A stretch of 64,000 bases of DNA. It comes from Octopus sinensis. Its lineage: Eukaryota. The stretch is taken from contig NC_043007.1 in NCBI RefSeq assembly GCF_006345805.1, positions 4,340,001 to 4,404,000 on the forward strand, written 5' to 3'. A program made the translations under genes and the position numbers. Under the pieces are notes generated by a model that saw nothing but the letters and a program-made list of their open reading frames with translations, ran no database searches and had not been told where the DNA came from. Shown in pieces: positions 12,845 through 26,457 of the stretch. Within the stretch, counting starts at the first letter, position 1. Each line of letters opens with the position of its first letter.

Positions 12845-14759
12845 TCTCATACATGCATGCACTGCCACCATCCTCGTATTTCTATCACATTTTGCCATTT
12901 TAAATAACAGAATAAGCTGGACAATGTAACAGTATCTGGTGTATGTATTTGGCTTCTATTTCTAACCTGTTGAGCCTTTATGTACAAGTTCTCTTGCTAA
13001 AATAACATTCAAAGAAATAGTTCAGTCAGAATACAGGATGTTGGACATCATTACAAGATCAAGAAAGATGTTAATATGCTGAACAGTAAACATACTTAAC
13101 CCATTCCCAAAATAGCTGAAGGGATCAGAAGCAACACTTTTAAAACACCCATGATGACACATGGAGGAGATGGTCAGACAAAATGGCTTGTGATATTTAG
13201 TCCATTCCTTCCAATTCTGCTGGGGTCAGTTTTGCCTCCCATCTCTGCTGAAAAGATAAATAAGAACTAAACATGCACCAGAGTTTATTCAGTTGACTAT
13301 TTCCCACTCATACGAGGCATTTTGTCCTTTTTTTATGGATATATACCAAATATGTCACCAATCACATCTGACAATAAACAGGGCAGAATTTGAAGGAGTG
13401 GCTGCAATTTTTGCAGTCTGGAAGCTAATCATGAAAGTTAATAACAGCACTATATGCTTCTCTCTTTCTCAATTATTATGTTCATTCTTTCATTGTCTCT
13501 GGTCATTGGAACTAGCTGCAAATTCTACCTTCACTTCTCTGTCTGCACGTACAAGTTTGTCCTATAGGATGCTATTATTCTATCATTTACAGACATTGCC
13601 TATGATACATTTTCTTTGCTAATTGTATATAGTTTGGACAGCATTTCAAGCAAATATATTTACTAACTTTATTGTACCTCTTGATGTATAGAATGTAGTT
13701 AGCAGTCTTCAATGACCTTAATTTAACATTCAATCTTCTTTGAACACTTTTTATTAAATCCTTTTACTTTTTCAGTACCAGACTTCAATCTTGGGCCAAT
13801 ATGAGGAAGCCTTTAGTTGCAGTCTTTGAATTTTTCTTTGCCTGTAACTCTTTTGTTACCATTTTTCTGTTGACAAACACGTTTTCTTTCAATTAATTCT
13901 GAAAATGAGGGAGAATTTTGTAAAATAACTTTGTCATAATTAAACTGAAATTTGTAGATTCACTTGAAATTTTGATAGAAGGTTTGAATTTAGATCACTT
14001 TGGAAGCAGGGTAGTCTCAGGTAGTCTGATGTCCAAAGGGTTAAACCAGATTTTGTAGCTCTTAGTTATTGTTACCATGTCTTAAATTATCTCCGATTGA
14101 GCAGAACTATAATCAAATACATTCTAGCCATGACTGTTACATCTGTGTTACATACCAAAGTCTTGCCCAGTGTCTCCTTTCTTTTCCAAGACAGTAGGTG
14201 GTAAGAATTTGAGAAAGGCTTACTGCTATTTCTAGCAGGTTGAGTAGCTACATAGCAGTACCTTTGTTAGGTAGTTTATGTTGGCTCTTTCACTTCTTAA
14301 AAAAGGACTGACCTTGCAGAGAATTTCTTACCATTCATACAGTAAATTCCTCTGCACTTTTGTTCTAAATTTCATTTTTATTTTTACTTTGTTTCTTCTA
14401 AGGATTTTCTCTCTTCATTTTGAACCCCACCTCTTCTAAGCATTTGGCTTATTTGTCATTTCGTCCCTGCTTGAAAGTAACAGAAATATTTTTCATATTC
14501 CTTAATAAAGACAAACAATCTGTTATTATTTTCTGCTGTGTATTTATGTAAACCCAGTGGTCTATGGTATAATAGCTTTTGTAATTGTAAGGAATTTCCT
14601 TCCACCCTCATCCCTGGGTAAATATTGGCTGTTACATAGTTTGCCTTTCGGGTGGTGTGTTCTAAATGCTGTCATATATTTCTATCTTTTTGGTTTCATT
14701 AATTTATTTACACAGCCCCCCCCCATTTTATTATATTAAAACTATAGCATTGGTACAAA

Positions 14760-14776
14760 GTAGTAGTAGTAGTAGA

Positions 14777-14820
<44 letters not shown>

Positions 14821-14830
14821 CAGTAGTAGC
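14760..14830. repeat. (TAG)n microsatellite
   Basis: Direct reading. Confidence 0.95.
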
Positions 14831-15352
14831 TGTGGTCAGCCTTCAGATTGAGAATATGTTTAATCAAACAAGAGAACTTTGTTCTAGTCACTTGGCCTTC
14901 ATCAGAGAGAAAAAAAGTTAAGGTCTTATCACTGGCCACAAAATTGCATATGAGAATATGGCGATACAGGGTGGATGTTTGGTGCACGGTAAGCAAGTCT
15001 CTGTGATGATGTAAATAATTTGGGAGATGTACAGTGTGGTAAGAAGCAAAATGTAGGGGAAGCAGTGATCAAAGCAATATCGAAATGTTGGTCAGTTTAA
15101 ATGGTGAGTGCCTGGTCAATGGGGTTGGAGATGAGAGGGATGGTTGGGAAAGGAGGCCAGAGACAAAGACAAAAAGACGTGGATGTGGATGTGGTCATGT
15201 TTATATATGTATATACATATTGTCGTCATCATTTAATGTCCAATGTTCATTCTGGCATGGGTTGGACACACACACAGATATATATATATATATATGCACA
15301 CACACTCAAAGATTTATATTTTATATATATGTGTGTGTATATGTATATGTAC

Positions 15353-15398
<46 letters not shown>

Positions 15399-15924
15399 GT
15401 GTATATGGGTACATGATGTCATCAGCAGTGCAAATAACATGAAATACATAAACAAACAAGGGAAAAATGAATGAAATACGTGAACAATGAGAAGAAATGG
15501 AAAACAGGGCAAGTAAACACAGAGGAAATACCCTTCATCGGTTATCAACTGTCTGTCTACTCCTCATTTCGAGCATATATATAGGTATATATGTATATAT
15601 ACACATACATACATGTGTGTGTTTATATATATATACACTTACATATGCATATTTGATAACATGACTGCAGATACAGAAACACAGAGGAATAGGGAGAGAA
15701 GGTGGGAGATAGGATTAGCTTTCAGGAATGGCCAGAATTGAAGGCAAAATGTGTAATAGTCTATGACAAGAAATTAAGGAAGATGAGAAGAGAGGTGAAG
15801 ATATAAAAGAGAAGAGTGAGCAGCCACAGCAGATACAGGAACTGAAATTATATGTATAGGCATGCATAAAGCAACAGACATGGACACATGTATTTGTTGA
15901 TGTTTTTTTTTTTAAATCTTGAAA

Positions 15925-16282
15925 CAATGGTTCTGGGTTCAGTCCCACTGCATGGCACCTTGGGCAAGTGTCTTCTACTATAGCCTCAGGCTGACCAGAG
16001 CCTTGTGAGTGGATTTGGTAGGCGGAAACTGAAAGAAGCCCGCCGTATATATGTATATATATATATATATATGCGTGTTTGTGTGTCTGTGTTTGTCCCC
16101 CTAGCATTGCTTGACAACTGATGCTGGTGTGTTTATGTCCCCATCACTTAGCGGTTCGGCAAAAGAGACCGATAGAATAAGTACTGGGCTTACAAAGAAT
16201 AAGTCCCGGGGTCGAGTTGCTCGATTAAAGGTGGTGCTCCAGCATGGCCGCAGTCAAATGACTGAAACAAGTAAAAGAGAGT
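15925..16282 (+). mobile_element. SINE (family A), slightly 5'-truncated
   Basis: ggttcagtcccactg B-box region through gaaacaagtaaaagag tail. Confidence 0.85.
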
Positions 16283-16952
16283 AAAAGAGAATGTCACCAC
16301 TTCTAAGAAAATCTTTTCTAAAATTTTTCAAAATTTCAAAATTTGAGCACAAATGCAAAATTATCTCAAAATAATGCATTTAAAAAAAAATCATAGGTCT
16401 GATGCCCACTGGCAAGGAAGCTAAAACAGGATTCAAGGAAAGTTATACTGGAAAACCTGTAGTTGTAATAGAGTGGTAGTAGAGTAGGAGTGTTAGTGTG
16501 AGGCACAGAAATGTCAGTTTTCTTCAGTTTTTTCTCTCTCCCTCTTATTCAATCATACACAGACATACACAAAACTTTACCTACTCTCTCTCTTGTCTCT
16601 CTAGGGTAACAATGGATAAGTACTATTTAGAGAAATACCATGGGTAGTTAAATTCCTCATTTAAAATTGTATCTCCAAAATGTTACTGCATGCTTTCGAA
16701 TTCTATGGGAAGTAGGAAATAATTTATTCTTTAGCTGTTTCTTTTTTAAATTGTTTATATTTAAAAATACACACATACACTGTCACACGCATCCATACTT
16801 TGTGTGTGTGTGTGTTCATGTGCATGTGGGCACAATCTTAATATATTATTTTAATCCCTTCACAAACCTCTGGAGCTCATGGGGCCATTAATTCCATTTG
16901 TATTTTTTATTTGTTACCTATTCTCTCTAACTTCCTCTCTCGCTCTCTCTAC

Positions 16953-17010
<58 letters not shown>

Positions 17011-17279
17011 GACACCTTTTCAACGTGCTATTTTTCTTTACTTTTTTTAACTCTTGCTGTTGTTATTATGCAATATAGGGCAGCAAACTGATAGAATCTG
17101 AGTTCAAATTCCATTTCATCCTTTTAGTGTCAACAAAATAAGTACCAGATGAACACTGGGGTCGGTGTAATTGGTTTATCCCTCCCTCCCACCCCAATTG
17201 CTGGCCTTGTGCCAAACTTTGAAACCATTATAGTGCAATATCAATTCTAAGTAAAGCACTAAATAGAGGAAGTAATCAA

Positions 17280-17990
17280 TTATAAGATATCGTTACGGAG
17301 CCATATTTTCTTGTCAACTCGTTAATTATTCATCTTAAAATTTAGTAAATTTGTTATGAATTTGCCTCTTTTTTAAAAAATATTAGGAATTATCCCTAAA
17401 ATTACGTCTCCCTGTAGCCTTCTTCTAAACTTACATCTGGCTTAAACGCTGCGTGTTGATTGGTTGTTTCCTTCATGATGTCATATAGCACAAGGGTGGT
17501 TTATTTCTTGTTCCTGTTTCATAGTTTTTAATAATTCTCTTTGAAAAGGTGACTCATTTTTTTCTTATGCTTTTTTTGTTTTGTCCTCTTAATGACTTCC
17601 AGACTAATTTCTGTTTACATCAATCTTCCAAAATGTGTACAAGTTTCGAACCTACTCGCAAATGTACGCCCATGCAATTTATATATAAATCATGCATAAA
17701 TTGATGCAATCTACATGGGAATTGTCTTCCGACGTTATATATGTACATACTTACATCTATGTTAATAGTAATCCAATTACGTGATGTATTTGTGTGGGAG
17801 AATTAGTGTTTGAGTGAAGCAAAGGGAGATTGAAGGAGAGAGAGAGAAAGAGAGAGAGGGGGAGGGAGGGAGGAAGAGGGTAGAAAGAGAAAGTGAAAGT
17901 ATTGATTATAAACTAACGTTGCAAGTCTCCTAGCCAGTCGTTTATAGTTTCAAATATTGCTAAAAGTGATAATACATTTTGTTTTGTTAA
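17280..17990 (+). promoter_or_regulatory. CpG-retaining candidate promoter/5' region
   Basis: About 15 CpGs in about 700 bp versus depleted flanks; attgg/ccaat boxes, tgatgtca and ttacgtg CRE-like motifs; precedes the exon-like segment 17992-18138. Confidence 0.4.
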
Positions 17991-17991
17991 G

Positions 17992-18138
17992 GCGAAATTA
18001 TGCTCCATGGACTGAGATATGTGGGCCACTAGATAACAACTTATTCTGGTTGCTGTACTCAGTCAATCTGAAGAGGAAAGAAGATGTAGCAGTCTTTCGA
18101 ATGGGAACAAGTGAAGACATGATCTGCTTTATGACAAG
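17992..18138 (+). CDS. Candidate exon (RNYAPWTEICGPLDNNLFW...MGTSEDMICFMT); may be a 5'UTR/first coding exon
   Basis: ttttgttttgttaag acceptor, AAG|gtaatt donor, one open frame. Confidence 0.35.
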
Positions 18139-18233
18139 GTAATTTGTTGAGTTTACTTAATTGTGAGCAAGTCTGGTCATCAATGGAGAACAAAAGATTC
18201 CCACTGTTTGTAGAAATGAGAGGGAGAGAGAGA

Positions 18234-18273
<40 letters not shown>

Positions 18274-19095
18274 AAGAGGTGGGGTGGGGGCGGAATGTGC
18301 GACCTCATGGCATGGGTTGGGGGAAGAAAAAAGATGTGTTCTTGGTATTTGAATGTCATCAAATAATTAGTCCTCTATAAATTAGGGAGTTTGATTAAAG
18401 GACTGACTTCAGTCAGCATAACTCTGTAAGTTGCTTAGCCGCATATCATTTCTGAAGAAGCAAAACCATGATCAAAGACATTCCAGTTATGACCTCATGT
18501 CTTTTTTCTTCATACAGGCATCCAGGATTGAATGTGTCCTTCTTATTATTAAGACTGTCACTTGTGATTTGAGAAATTTGGCTGCTGTGTTGGGCAGATT
18601 GAACAGCAACATTTAAGATGCCTCATTAGCTTACTTTTAAGCTGTCGTTTATGGAGAGAAGTGATAAAGATCTGACAATACGATTATGTATTATTACAGA
18701 GTATCTTCAAAAGTTATTCCTGTTTGAGTCAAATTTTCAAGATAGAATATGATCAGTGCTGAGAAAAGATGCAAAGCAGGAAATATGTGGTAAAGATTGT
18801 TTGCCAACATAACATGGCAGTCCTGGTTTAGGACGAATGTTGCTGTAATTTAGCCCCAGGAGACATCGTCTCCAGTTGGATATACGACACAATTTGTGCC
18901 CTTATATTTTCAAACAAGGGAATCTAGCACCCTAACTCAGCTCAAAACAATATCTGTGTATTGCGATTTCTGGGTTATTTCTCTTTATCAGCACTGAATA
19001 ATTGTTTGGCTAGAGGTGTTGCTGCCAAATTCCCTTTCGAAATATATAGTTTTCAAAGTGACAACTAGTCACTGATCTATAAATTAGAAAATTAC

Positions 19096-19213
19096 TATTT
19101 TTAAATGTGTTTCTTGAATATTCTGCATTGCCATACACACGGTGCAGTGGATTAAGATGCCATAAAGAAATGGTGTGTCCATCTGAAGATGCCACCTGAG
19201 ATAGTCAGGTACC
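19096..19213 (-). CDS. Candidate exon VPDYLRWHLQMDTPFLYGILIHCTVCMAMQNIQETHLKI
   Basis: catccttctctaaacag acceptor, ATA|gtaatt donor, phase-compatible with 19832-19991. Confidence 0.33.
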
Positions 19214-19831
19214 CTGTTTAGAGAAGGATGTATCCTTTTTCTGGTTAATATCATGAGTTAAGCTCTGACTTTTGAAAGGCACCAGTACTTAAGGAATATT
19301 AAGTTATTTTCTTGAGAAGAGAGTTTATTGGGTTTTGAGTGGTTGCTAGTGAAAGCAGATCTAGAATGAAACAAACTAGTGTCTTGTAGAGTCAGTTCTG
19401 GTAATGGTAGAACTGTCGGATATTTGGAGCAAGAGTAGAATGTTTATATGTTTTATAAATATCAAAATGAAATTTTGGATTAACAACTGGGCTGTGATTT
19501 TTTTCTCAGTCTTTCTAATAAAGGGACAAAAAGAAAAAGAAAAAAAAGCTCATGTATTCCTTGAAATATTCTATAAAAGGTAAAAAGGAAGAGAGCCTGG
19601 TTTGCCTGAGAAAAAGGGGCCATCTTGATGTTGAAGTCTTGATGCACAGTTAGCAAAGTCTGAATTGCATGTTGATGGTTTGCATGCTGACTTTTCTCGT
19701 TGGATTGCATAAGGATAGAAGCATGGCTGACAAATCTCAGCTGTTTGATAGGAATGTGGTGAGAGAAATAAAAAAAAAAGTCTTGCTCCATCATGAATAT
19801 TTATTGTTAGGTTTTGAAAATGTTGTTTTAC

Positions 19832-19991
19832 CTCTCCAATTTCAGTCGTGTTCTGCTTATTAATGAAAATGCTGTTCTCGGTACTTCTGCACTTCCGGGG
19901 AAACTGTCAGTTGAAACAGTTGATATCTCTTGCAATAAGCTTTCCATGTTCTCAATATCAGAATATGCTGCTTTCAACCTACGACACATGG
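19832..19991 (-). CDS. Candidate exon MCRRLKAAYSDIENMESLLQEISTVSTDSFPGSAEVPRTAFSLISRTRLKLE
   Basis: 52 open codons, ttcaag acceptor, GAG|gtaaaa donor. The opposite strand is also open here, so strand is uncertain. Confidence 0.35.
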
Positions 19992-21228
19992 CTTGAATCA
20001 GTTAACAGTTAAATGAAGGTCTCCAGAAAGTTATACATGCCATCTCTGGCTTTTTTACATTCTGAGTTCAGATCCTGTCATTGTCAACTTTGCCTTCCGT
20101 CTTTTTGGAGTCAGTAAAATAAAGTACATCTCAAGAACTGGGGTTGATGTAATTGATTAACCCCTTCCTTGTGCCAGAATTGGTGAGTTGACAGAATTAG
20201 ACAAAATGCTTTGCAACATTTTACCTGGCCCTTTACACATTTTGAATTGAAATTACGTTGAGATTGAATTTGTTTTTCATCCTCTGTCTGCCTTGAGTAT
20301 GTTCTGTGGTTTGTTGTGATGCTCTTATTGTTATTGTGTTGAAAGTGTTTTATTTAGGGTGTATGCAGTGCCGATTATTGTTATTATTATTATTATCTCC
20401 GCCTTAGTGAAGACAGAGGTTTTGTTTTCAGCTGTGTTTGTTTGTTTGTCCATGAACAAGATATCTCAAAAACTGATGGATGGATTCGAATGAAACTTTT
20501 AGGGATGTTTGGCCTCGTGACTTTTGAAGTCTGTTGTGTTGACAGACTTGCACTTAAAATTCCCATGTTTTTAATCAAAACTTGTTAGTTACTAAGTTGA
20601 TAACACGACCTATTATTTTTCTTTCTCTCTCTATCTTACACACACATTCTCTCTCTTTCTCTCTCACTCTTTCACTGTATTTCTCTCGCAACAACTTTTC
20701 CTCCCCTTCTTTCTTCTCTGTACACAAGTGTTGTTACAGATATGGAGATCAGCTTCTCTTTTATAATATGTATATTATGAATGTTAGCTACATATGCTTG
20801 CACATATATGAGAAAGAGAGAGAATTAGAGAAATTTTGCTTAATTTGATTTGGTAGTCTTGTCTCATATAAAAACATCCACTATTGAGTTGTTTTTTTAA
20901 ATAGGTATGTCAACTAAAAGTTCAATTTTCCTGAGGAATATTTTTCTTTTAATATTTTTCTTTTCATTTTTCTCATTATTATAATACATATTCTTCACAT
21001 CTTTCCTCTCTCTAAGTTTTTAATTTTTTGAGTTTTTACCTGGGGGAACACAACATGATTTGTTTTCTTTTTTGATAGGGTAGAAAAGGGAAATTTGTGG
21101 AATATTTTAGGATGTTGTAGTATTCATGCTTTTCCCATGGACATTTGTGGCATAAGCAAACAGCTTGTGTCAACCTAGTTTACTAGATCTGGTTGTACGT
21201 ATAACCTATATCTTCTTGTTTCTGTATG

Positions 21229-21680
21229 AAGACTTAAAAACTTAAAATCTTCAAAGCCACAGTCGAACCAATTCTACTATATGGCTCAGAAACCTGGACG
21301 TTATCAAAGAAGCTTGAGAGGTGGTTGGATGGAACTTACACTCGCCTCCTTATGAGAGCTCAAAATCTCTCGTGGAAGCGTCATCCAACCAAAGTACAAA
21401 TATATGGGAAACTACTACCTGTATCATCTCTTGTGAAAGGTAGGAGAGTCCAGTTTGCTGGACATTGTTGTAGAGCTGAAAACGAGGTAATTTTTACTCT
21501 TCTCCTCTGGAAGCCATCTGCTCATGATACCAGAGGGCGCACACTCTCCTACCCTGATGTAATCTCCAGGAATACAGGCATCAAGCAACAGGACATCCGT
21601 GATGCTATGATGGACTGTGAAGTCTAGCGTAACATAGTAAATTCTATTGTCTCAACCACGGTGAAACAATGATGATGATG
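21229..21680 (+). mobile_element. RTE-type LINE 3' fragment
   Basis: IFKATVEPILLYGSETW..DGTYTRLLMRAQNLSW..VQFAGHC post-RT region and (tga)n tail. Confidence 0.88.
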
Positions 21681-21775
21681 TTTCTATTTTAAGAATATCT
21701 TTTTTGTTATGATTATTTTCATATAAGCAAGTGGTTTGCTAAGCAGAATGTATGTGGTTCATATTCTATTTCCAG

Positions 21776-21886
21776 TGCTGTGTTGTTTCCCTACCGAATA
21801 CACTCTGCTTTTACTGGACCAGTTTAATCAGGACTGTAAGCAACGGAGGAGCAGAAAACAGCAAAACATTGAACAAATTCTTGATG
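21776..21886 (+). CDS. Candidate exon, 111 bp (LCCFPTEYTLLLLDQFNQDCKQRRSRKQQNIEQILD in phase 1/1, or an alternative open phase 0/0 frame)
   Basis: tattctatttccag acceptor, ATG|gtaggt donor, two frames open, length divisible by 3. Confidence 0.45.
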
Positions 21887-22620
21887 GTAGGTTACAAGAT
21901 TTCTCTCAGTATTCAATGTTCAAATCACTCCAGGGTTTAACTTGTCTGTCATCTTCCAGGGTTTTGGTAAAGTAAACACCACTATTTTACTGATTCCGAT
22001 CCAATGAATCATACTGCCTTTTCTACAAGCGTGTAACTTTGTACCAATGTGAAGTGGTATTTTCATTGGTGGGTGAGTGAGTGGGTGGATGGGGTGGGGG
22101 CGTGGACCACATCAAAGCAAGACCGCAACATGGCTCGAGTCTTTGGTTTAAGTAATCACACATCATTTATAATACCAATATGTTTTAAAGCATTAGGAAT
22201 ATACCAAGATTCTGTTAATCCATTCACTAACAATATAGAGACTTTTGTCCAGTAAAGAATAATTCCTTATTCTTTTCATTATTTACCATAAACTCCATCT
22301 GCATTGATTTTAACTATTATACTCCAAAAGAATAATAATAAAAAATAACTGTTTTCCTTTTAAGTAATATTTGCAATCACTGCAATCAATTTAAATATTC
22401 ATCTAATATTTGTATATTTAAACTAAAACCAATCACATAAAGATCTCTGTGTAATGTTATATAAAAAAAAATCTTGCAGGTACAATAACTGCAGAATCCA
22501 TCAACCAATCAGTGGTGGACAAATTTATTAGCCAATCAGCAGTTGGCAAATTTCACTTAGCAATCAATAACATTATAGGTATAGAGCTCAAGGGATTTAT
22601 GGAGAATGGCCAATAATATC

Positions 22621-22660
<40 letters not shown>

Positions 22661-22728
22661 GTGTGTGTGTGTGTGTGTGTGCCACAAAAGTAGTAAAAGA
22701 ACTCAAAATGCTAAAACTAACAAAATGA

Positions 22729-22730
<2 letters not shown>

Positions 22731-22825
<95 letters not shown>

Positions 22826-22848
22826 GTATATATATGTATATATATACG

Positions 22849-22879
<31 letters not shown>

Positions 22880-22880
22880 C
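22731..22880. repeat. (TA)n/(CA)n compound microsatellite
   Basis: Direct reading. Confidence 0.95.
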
Positions 22881-23495
22881 AAATGTAACAAATAAAACCT
22901 CTTTTCCACTCAGTGTATAGACTGTAAAAATCCCAGCTCTCCCTCTTCTTAAAACAGTTCCTTAATAATTCTCAGCCAAATTAATGCTCAAAGAGTTTTA
23001 AAGTAAGATTCTATTTTTGCAAGGAAGCCATGAAGCACTTCTGTCAGCACTTATTAATGTTATAGATGTACTCAATGGCGTAATCAAAAGACTTGATGTC
23101 TCTGAATCCACAAAACTTCAACGAAAATTTCCTTTCTTTCTTTTCTGTTATTTCAATGAAACAATCATTATCATTATAATAAAATTTTTGATTTGCCATA
23201 TTTTTATCTCAAGAAACAAAACATATAATAAATCAGCAGAAATTGATTTTTAAAAAGAGCATAGAAAAAAATAATGAAAAAATAAATTCTAAACTAGATA
23301 AAAAAATTTCAAAATTGTCAAGATTTCATGTATTGTGTTTTTTTCTTTTTAACTTCTACATAGAAACCGCCTTCCTCCGAGAAGTTCTAAATTCCGAGAA
23401 AGTCGCAGCTGGTTGTAGCAGATTATTGATAAAATGGTTGGCAATTCATATCATGTCACTCATCCTAAGCTGTGTCCTTGGTGCATTCACTTAAC

Positions 23496-23576
23496 TGTTG
23501 ATGGTTTAGTCTGCTTAAATCTACTTAGTGTTTCTGTCATCACCACTTCGACAAATTCTTTAAAGTCTGTGCTTTG
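23496..23576 (-). CDS. Candidate exon QSTDFKEFVEVVMTETLSRFKQTKPST (phase 0/0)
   Basis: ttattacaccttctcag acceptor, ACA|gttaag donor, open frame. Confidence 0.3.
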
Positions 23577-24406
23577 CTGAGAAGGTGTAATAAGACTGAA
23601 ACATCTTCAGCCAAAGTTGTCTGTCATACTAGACAAAAGAATTAAACTAATATTAGCTAATAATGTTTTTTCTTCACTACATAATTATTTCTGATTAGAT
23701 ATTTAATACTTGTTGCATGAAATATGTTAACGCAAATTTAAATATTGTTTTTTTCCTTACTTTAGATGTTGTTGAGTAATTAGCCTCAGTGATTTAATGT
23801 TTTAACGTATACGAACTTTTCATGCCTATCTATAAATATGTATCAAAGGGGTGGGGAAGGGGTAAGCAACTCATACCCATAAGTAGCAGCAGCAGTAGTT
23901 ATGTTATATTGATAAATGTATAAATTGACTTTCCGTGTTGAATTTAACTTCTCCTATCAACCACCGGATGGAGAGGGATGGGCTCTACCAAGCGAACTTC
24001 ATCAAACAGTCTGGAGTGATATCTTTATAGTATGCAACACCAGAGAAAGACCATTTGGTCTACAATCTCTCTCTACCCCTCTCTCTATTTTTCTCCCCCC
24101 TCTCTCTGTGTTCCGCTGTCCTTCTTTCTCCTCCCTCTCTCTCCCTTTGAACTTCTTTCTCCCTCTCCACACCCTCTCTTTCTAAGGGATATATGAAACA
24201 AGTTAAAGCTGAGTACTGGTATTACATACAAATTCTCTTTGATTTTAGCCCCAGGCCACTGGTTTTGAAGGGAGGGCCAAGTTGATTTCATCAAGTGGCC
24301 CTTTATTTCATCAACCCTAAAAGGATGAAAGGCAAAGTGATGTAAATAAGTGAGAAAAAAAAACCCTGCATGTTATAAAGTTGTTGTTTAATGTTTTATA
24401 CACATA

Positions 24407-25299
24407 CAAGGTCTGATCAGTAAGTATCTGGACTGTTGCCATAGTAACGAAGCTAAAGCACACAGAGGAAAGCTGTTTGGCACAGATTGACCTTGAACTC
24501 TACTGTGCATGTGCACTAAATATTAATGTTCTAGCTCGCTTCTACTGTTTACAGCAGTGCTTGGAAGGAACGTGTGTAGCGTGTGATCATTGCATTGACC
24601 ATGACTGAGAAAGTTGTTATGGCAATACCTACTCAAAGGCCTATACAAAGTTGTGGAAAGTATATGGAAAGGAGTGTATGAGCCACACACAAGTGTTTGA
24701 GTGGTTCAAATGTTTCCAATATGTCTGAAAAATGTCAATAATGATGAACGTTCTGGGAGACCTGAAACCAGTAGAACTGAGAAAAACATCGCGGATGTGC
24801 ATGCACCTGTGAGGGAAATCATCAAATCACCATCCATGAGTTATCAGAAAATGTGCAGATTAGTTATGGTTCAGTTCAGTCCATTATCCCTGAAGATTTG
24901 GGTATGAGATGCGTGTCTGCCAAGTTTGTGCCAAAACTGCTTTCAGCTGACCAAGAAGACACTTGGGTTTCAGTTGCACAAGATCTCCCTGATTGTGTCA
25001 AGAATGATGAAAAATTTTTAAAGACTTTGCGTAGGCCTCTTAGCAGGTATTGCCAATCTTTTGGCAAAATTTGTAGCAGATTCTCTGCTCAACTTTCTCT
25101 GTCATGGTCAATGCGATAATCATGCGCGGCACACCTTCCTTCCAAGCACTGTTGTAAACAACAGAAGTAAGCTAGAATTTTAAAACTTAGTGTGCATGCA
25201 GAGCAGAGTTCAAGGTCAATCTGTGCGAAGTGGTTTCATTCTGCATGTTTCAACTTTGTTATTATGGCAATAGTCCGGATTCTTATTGATCAGACCGCA
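24407..25299 (+). mobile_element. Mariner-family non-autonomous element with two 5' ends (long inverted arms)
   Basis: HTH-region transposase peptides (DERSGRP..; LGMRCVSAKFVPKLLSADQ); 24407-24652 is an inverted copy of about 25022-25299; TA precedes the left end. Confidence 0.88.
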
Positions 25300-25568
25300 C
25301 AGGTGTGTGTTCTGTGTACTCAATACAAATATGATATGGATTCACATATGTTATGTTGTGAATTGAATGTCCAAAGCATTTCATCAAATTATCTCATAGG
25401 AGTCATCTTTTTTGCTTACTGTTTTTAGATTTAAACCTAGGAGTTTTTGTTTACTAATTACTTGGATAATCTCAATGAAAACTTTTCAACTCAGTGTGTG
25501 AGTGTGTGAGAGAGAGAGAGAGAGAGGGAGAGAAAGAGAACAGGACCATATTTGTATTTATTATACAG

Positions 25569-25622
25569 ACTGCTGCCCTGAGGCATTTCCTCTCAGCCAT
25601 ATTGCTTAGAAGAACTAACTGG
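25569..25622 (+). CDS. Weak candidate exon TAALRHFLSAILLRRTNW (phase 0/0)
   Basis: tatttattatacag acceptor, TGG|gtagaa donor. Confidence 0.25.
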
Positions 25623-26367
25623 GTAGAAGAGGCAGTTAGGAAGAATGGAAAAGTCAAAGAAGCAAAGAATATTTCAGCCGCAGTCAAGGAGCCAGGATGA
25701 TGTTGATGGACCAGTGTTTGCAGCATGGTGGAGATTCAGAGTATTTGTATCAGATAGAGGACCATTTAGTTATATACAACCCAGGATGTGTGCATGTGTA
25801 TGTATGTGTGTGTGTGTACATGAGGATATTTGGTGGCTCCACCACTCCAAATATGTGAGCATGATATCCTGGCTTATTTTTGACCTTCATCTTTAGAATG
25901 TGAATTTACCATTATTATATCTACAAAATGTTTCAATCGGTTTGATCTCCAGTCACCATGAGGTATTTTGTTGCTAGATGTCTCCATTTGTTAACTAGGA
26001 ACTTTTATTTCTAAACCAAAACCAGTGATGTCTGTTAAGCCCCTACACATCCCCCCAGTTGTTAATATTTGGAAAAATTATCATCACAGGTATAAACAAA
26101 AAAAACAGTTGAAAATTCATTAAGTGATCTTGTCAAATATTTATTTCTGAGTCATTAAGTTACTTTTATTGATCTAATAATTAACGAGAGTTAAATGATT
26201 GATTTCCCATGCCACCTGGTTTAACAACACCATGTGATCCTTAAGTGCTTGCAGTGGATCTCACTAGGTTTCAGTTATATAAACCAGGCTTTAAGTTCGA
26301 TCTTTTTCTTGCAGATAAAATATCAGCAGATAAAATATAAGCTGTGCATTAGTTGCATCAATCTCAC

Positions 26368-26457
26368 CTGTCTATAAGGATCTGGCAAAGATCTTGGCCA
26401 CAGCTCCTTTTTTTTAAATTTTTTCTTTTCACTTTTTGTTTTACCTTTGACTAATTT
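26368..26457 (-). CDS. Candidate exon KLVKGKTKSEKKKFKKKELWPRSLPDPYRQ (phase 0/0)
   Basis: Strong CAG|gtgaga donor; the acceptor region tttattctctacagcagattatag has three AGs and only the third gives an open frame. Confidence 0.3.

Noticed and set aside
13200-13570. Minus-strand segments DKLVRADREVK and QRWEAKLTPAELEGMD* with plausible splice sites
   Set aside because: Too short to distinguish from chance; no homology recognised.
23563-23629. Minus-strand terminal-exon reading YDRQLWLKMFQSYYTFSAKHRL*
   Set aside because: It competes with an overlapping alternative acceptor and frame (23576); cannot be decided without transcripts.
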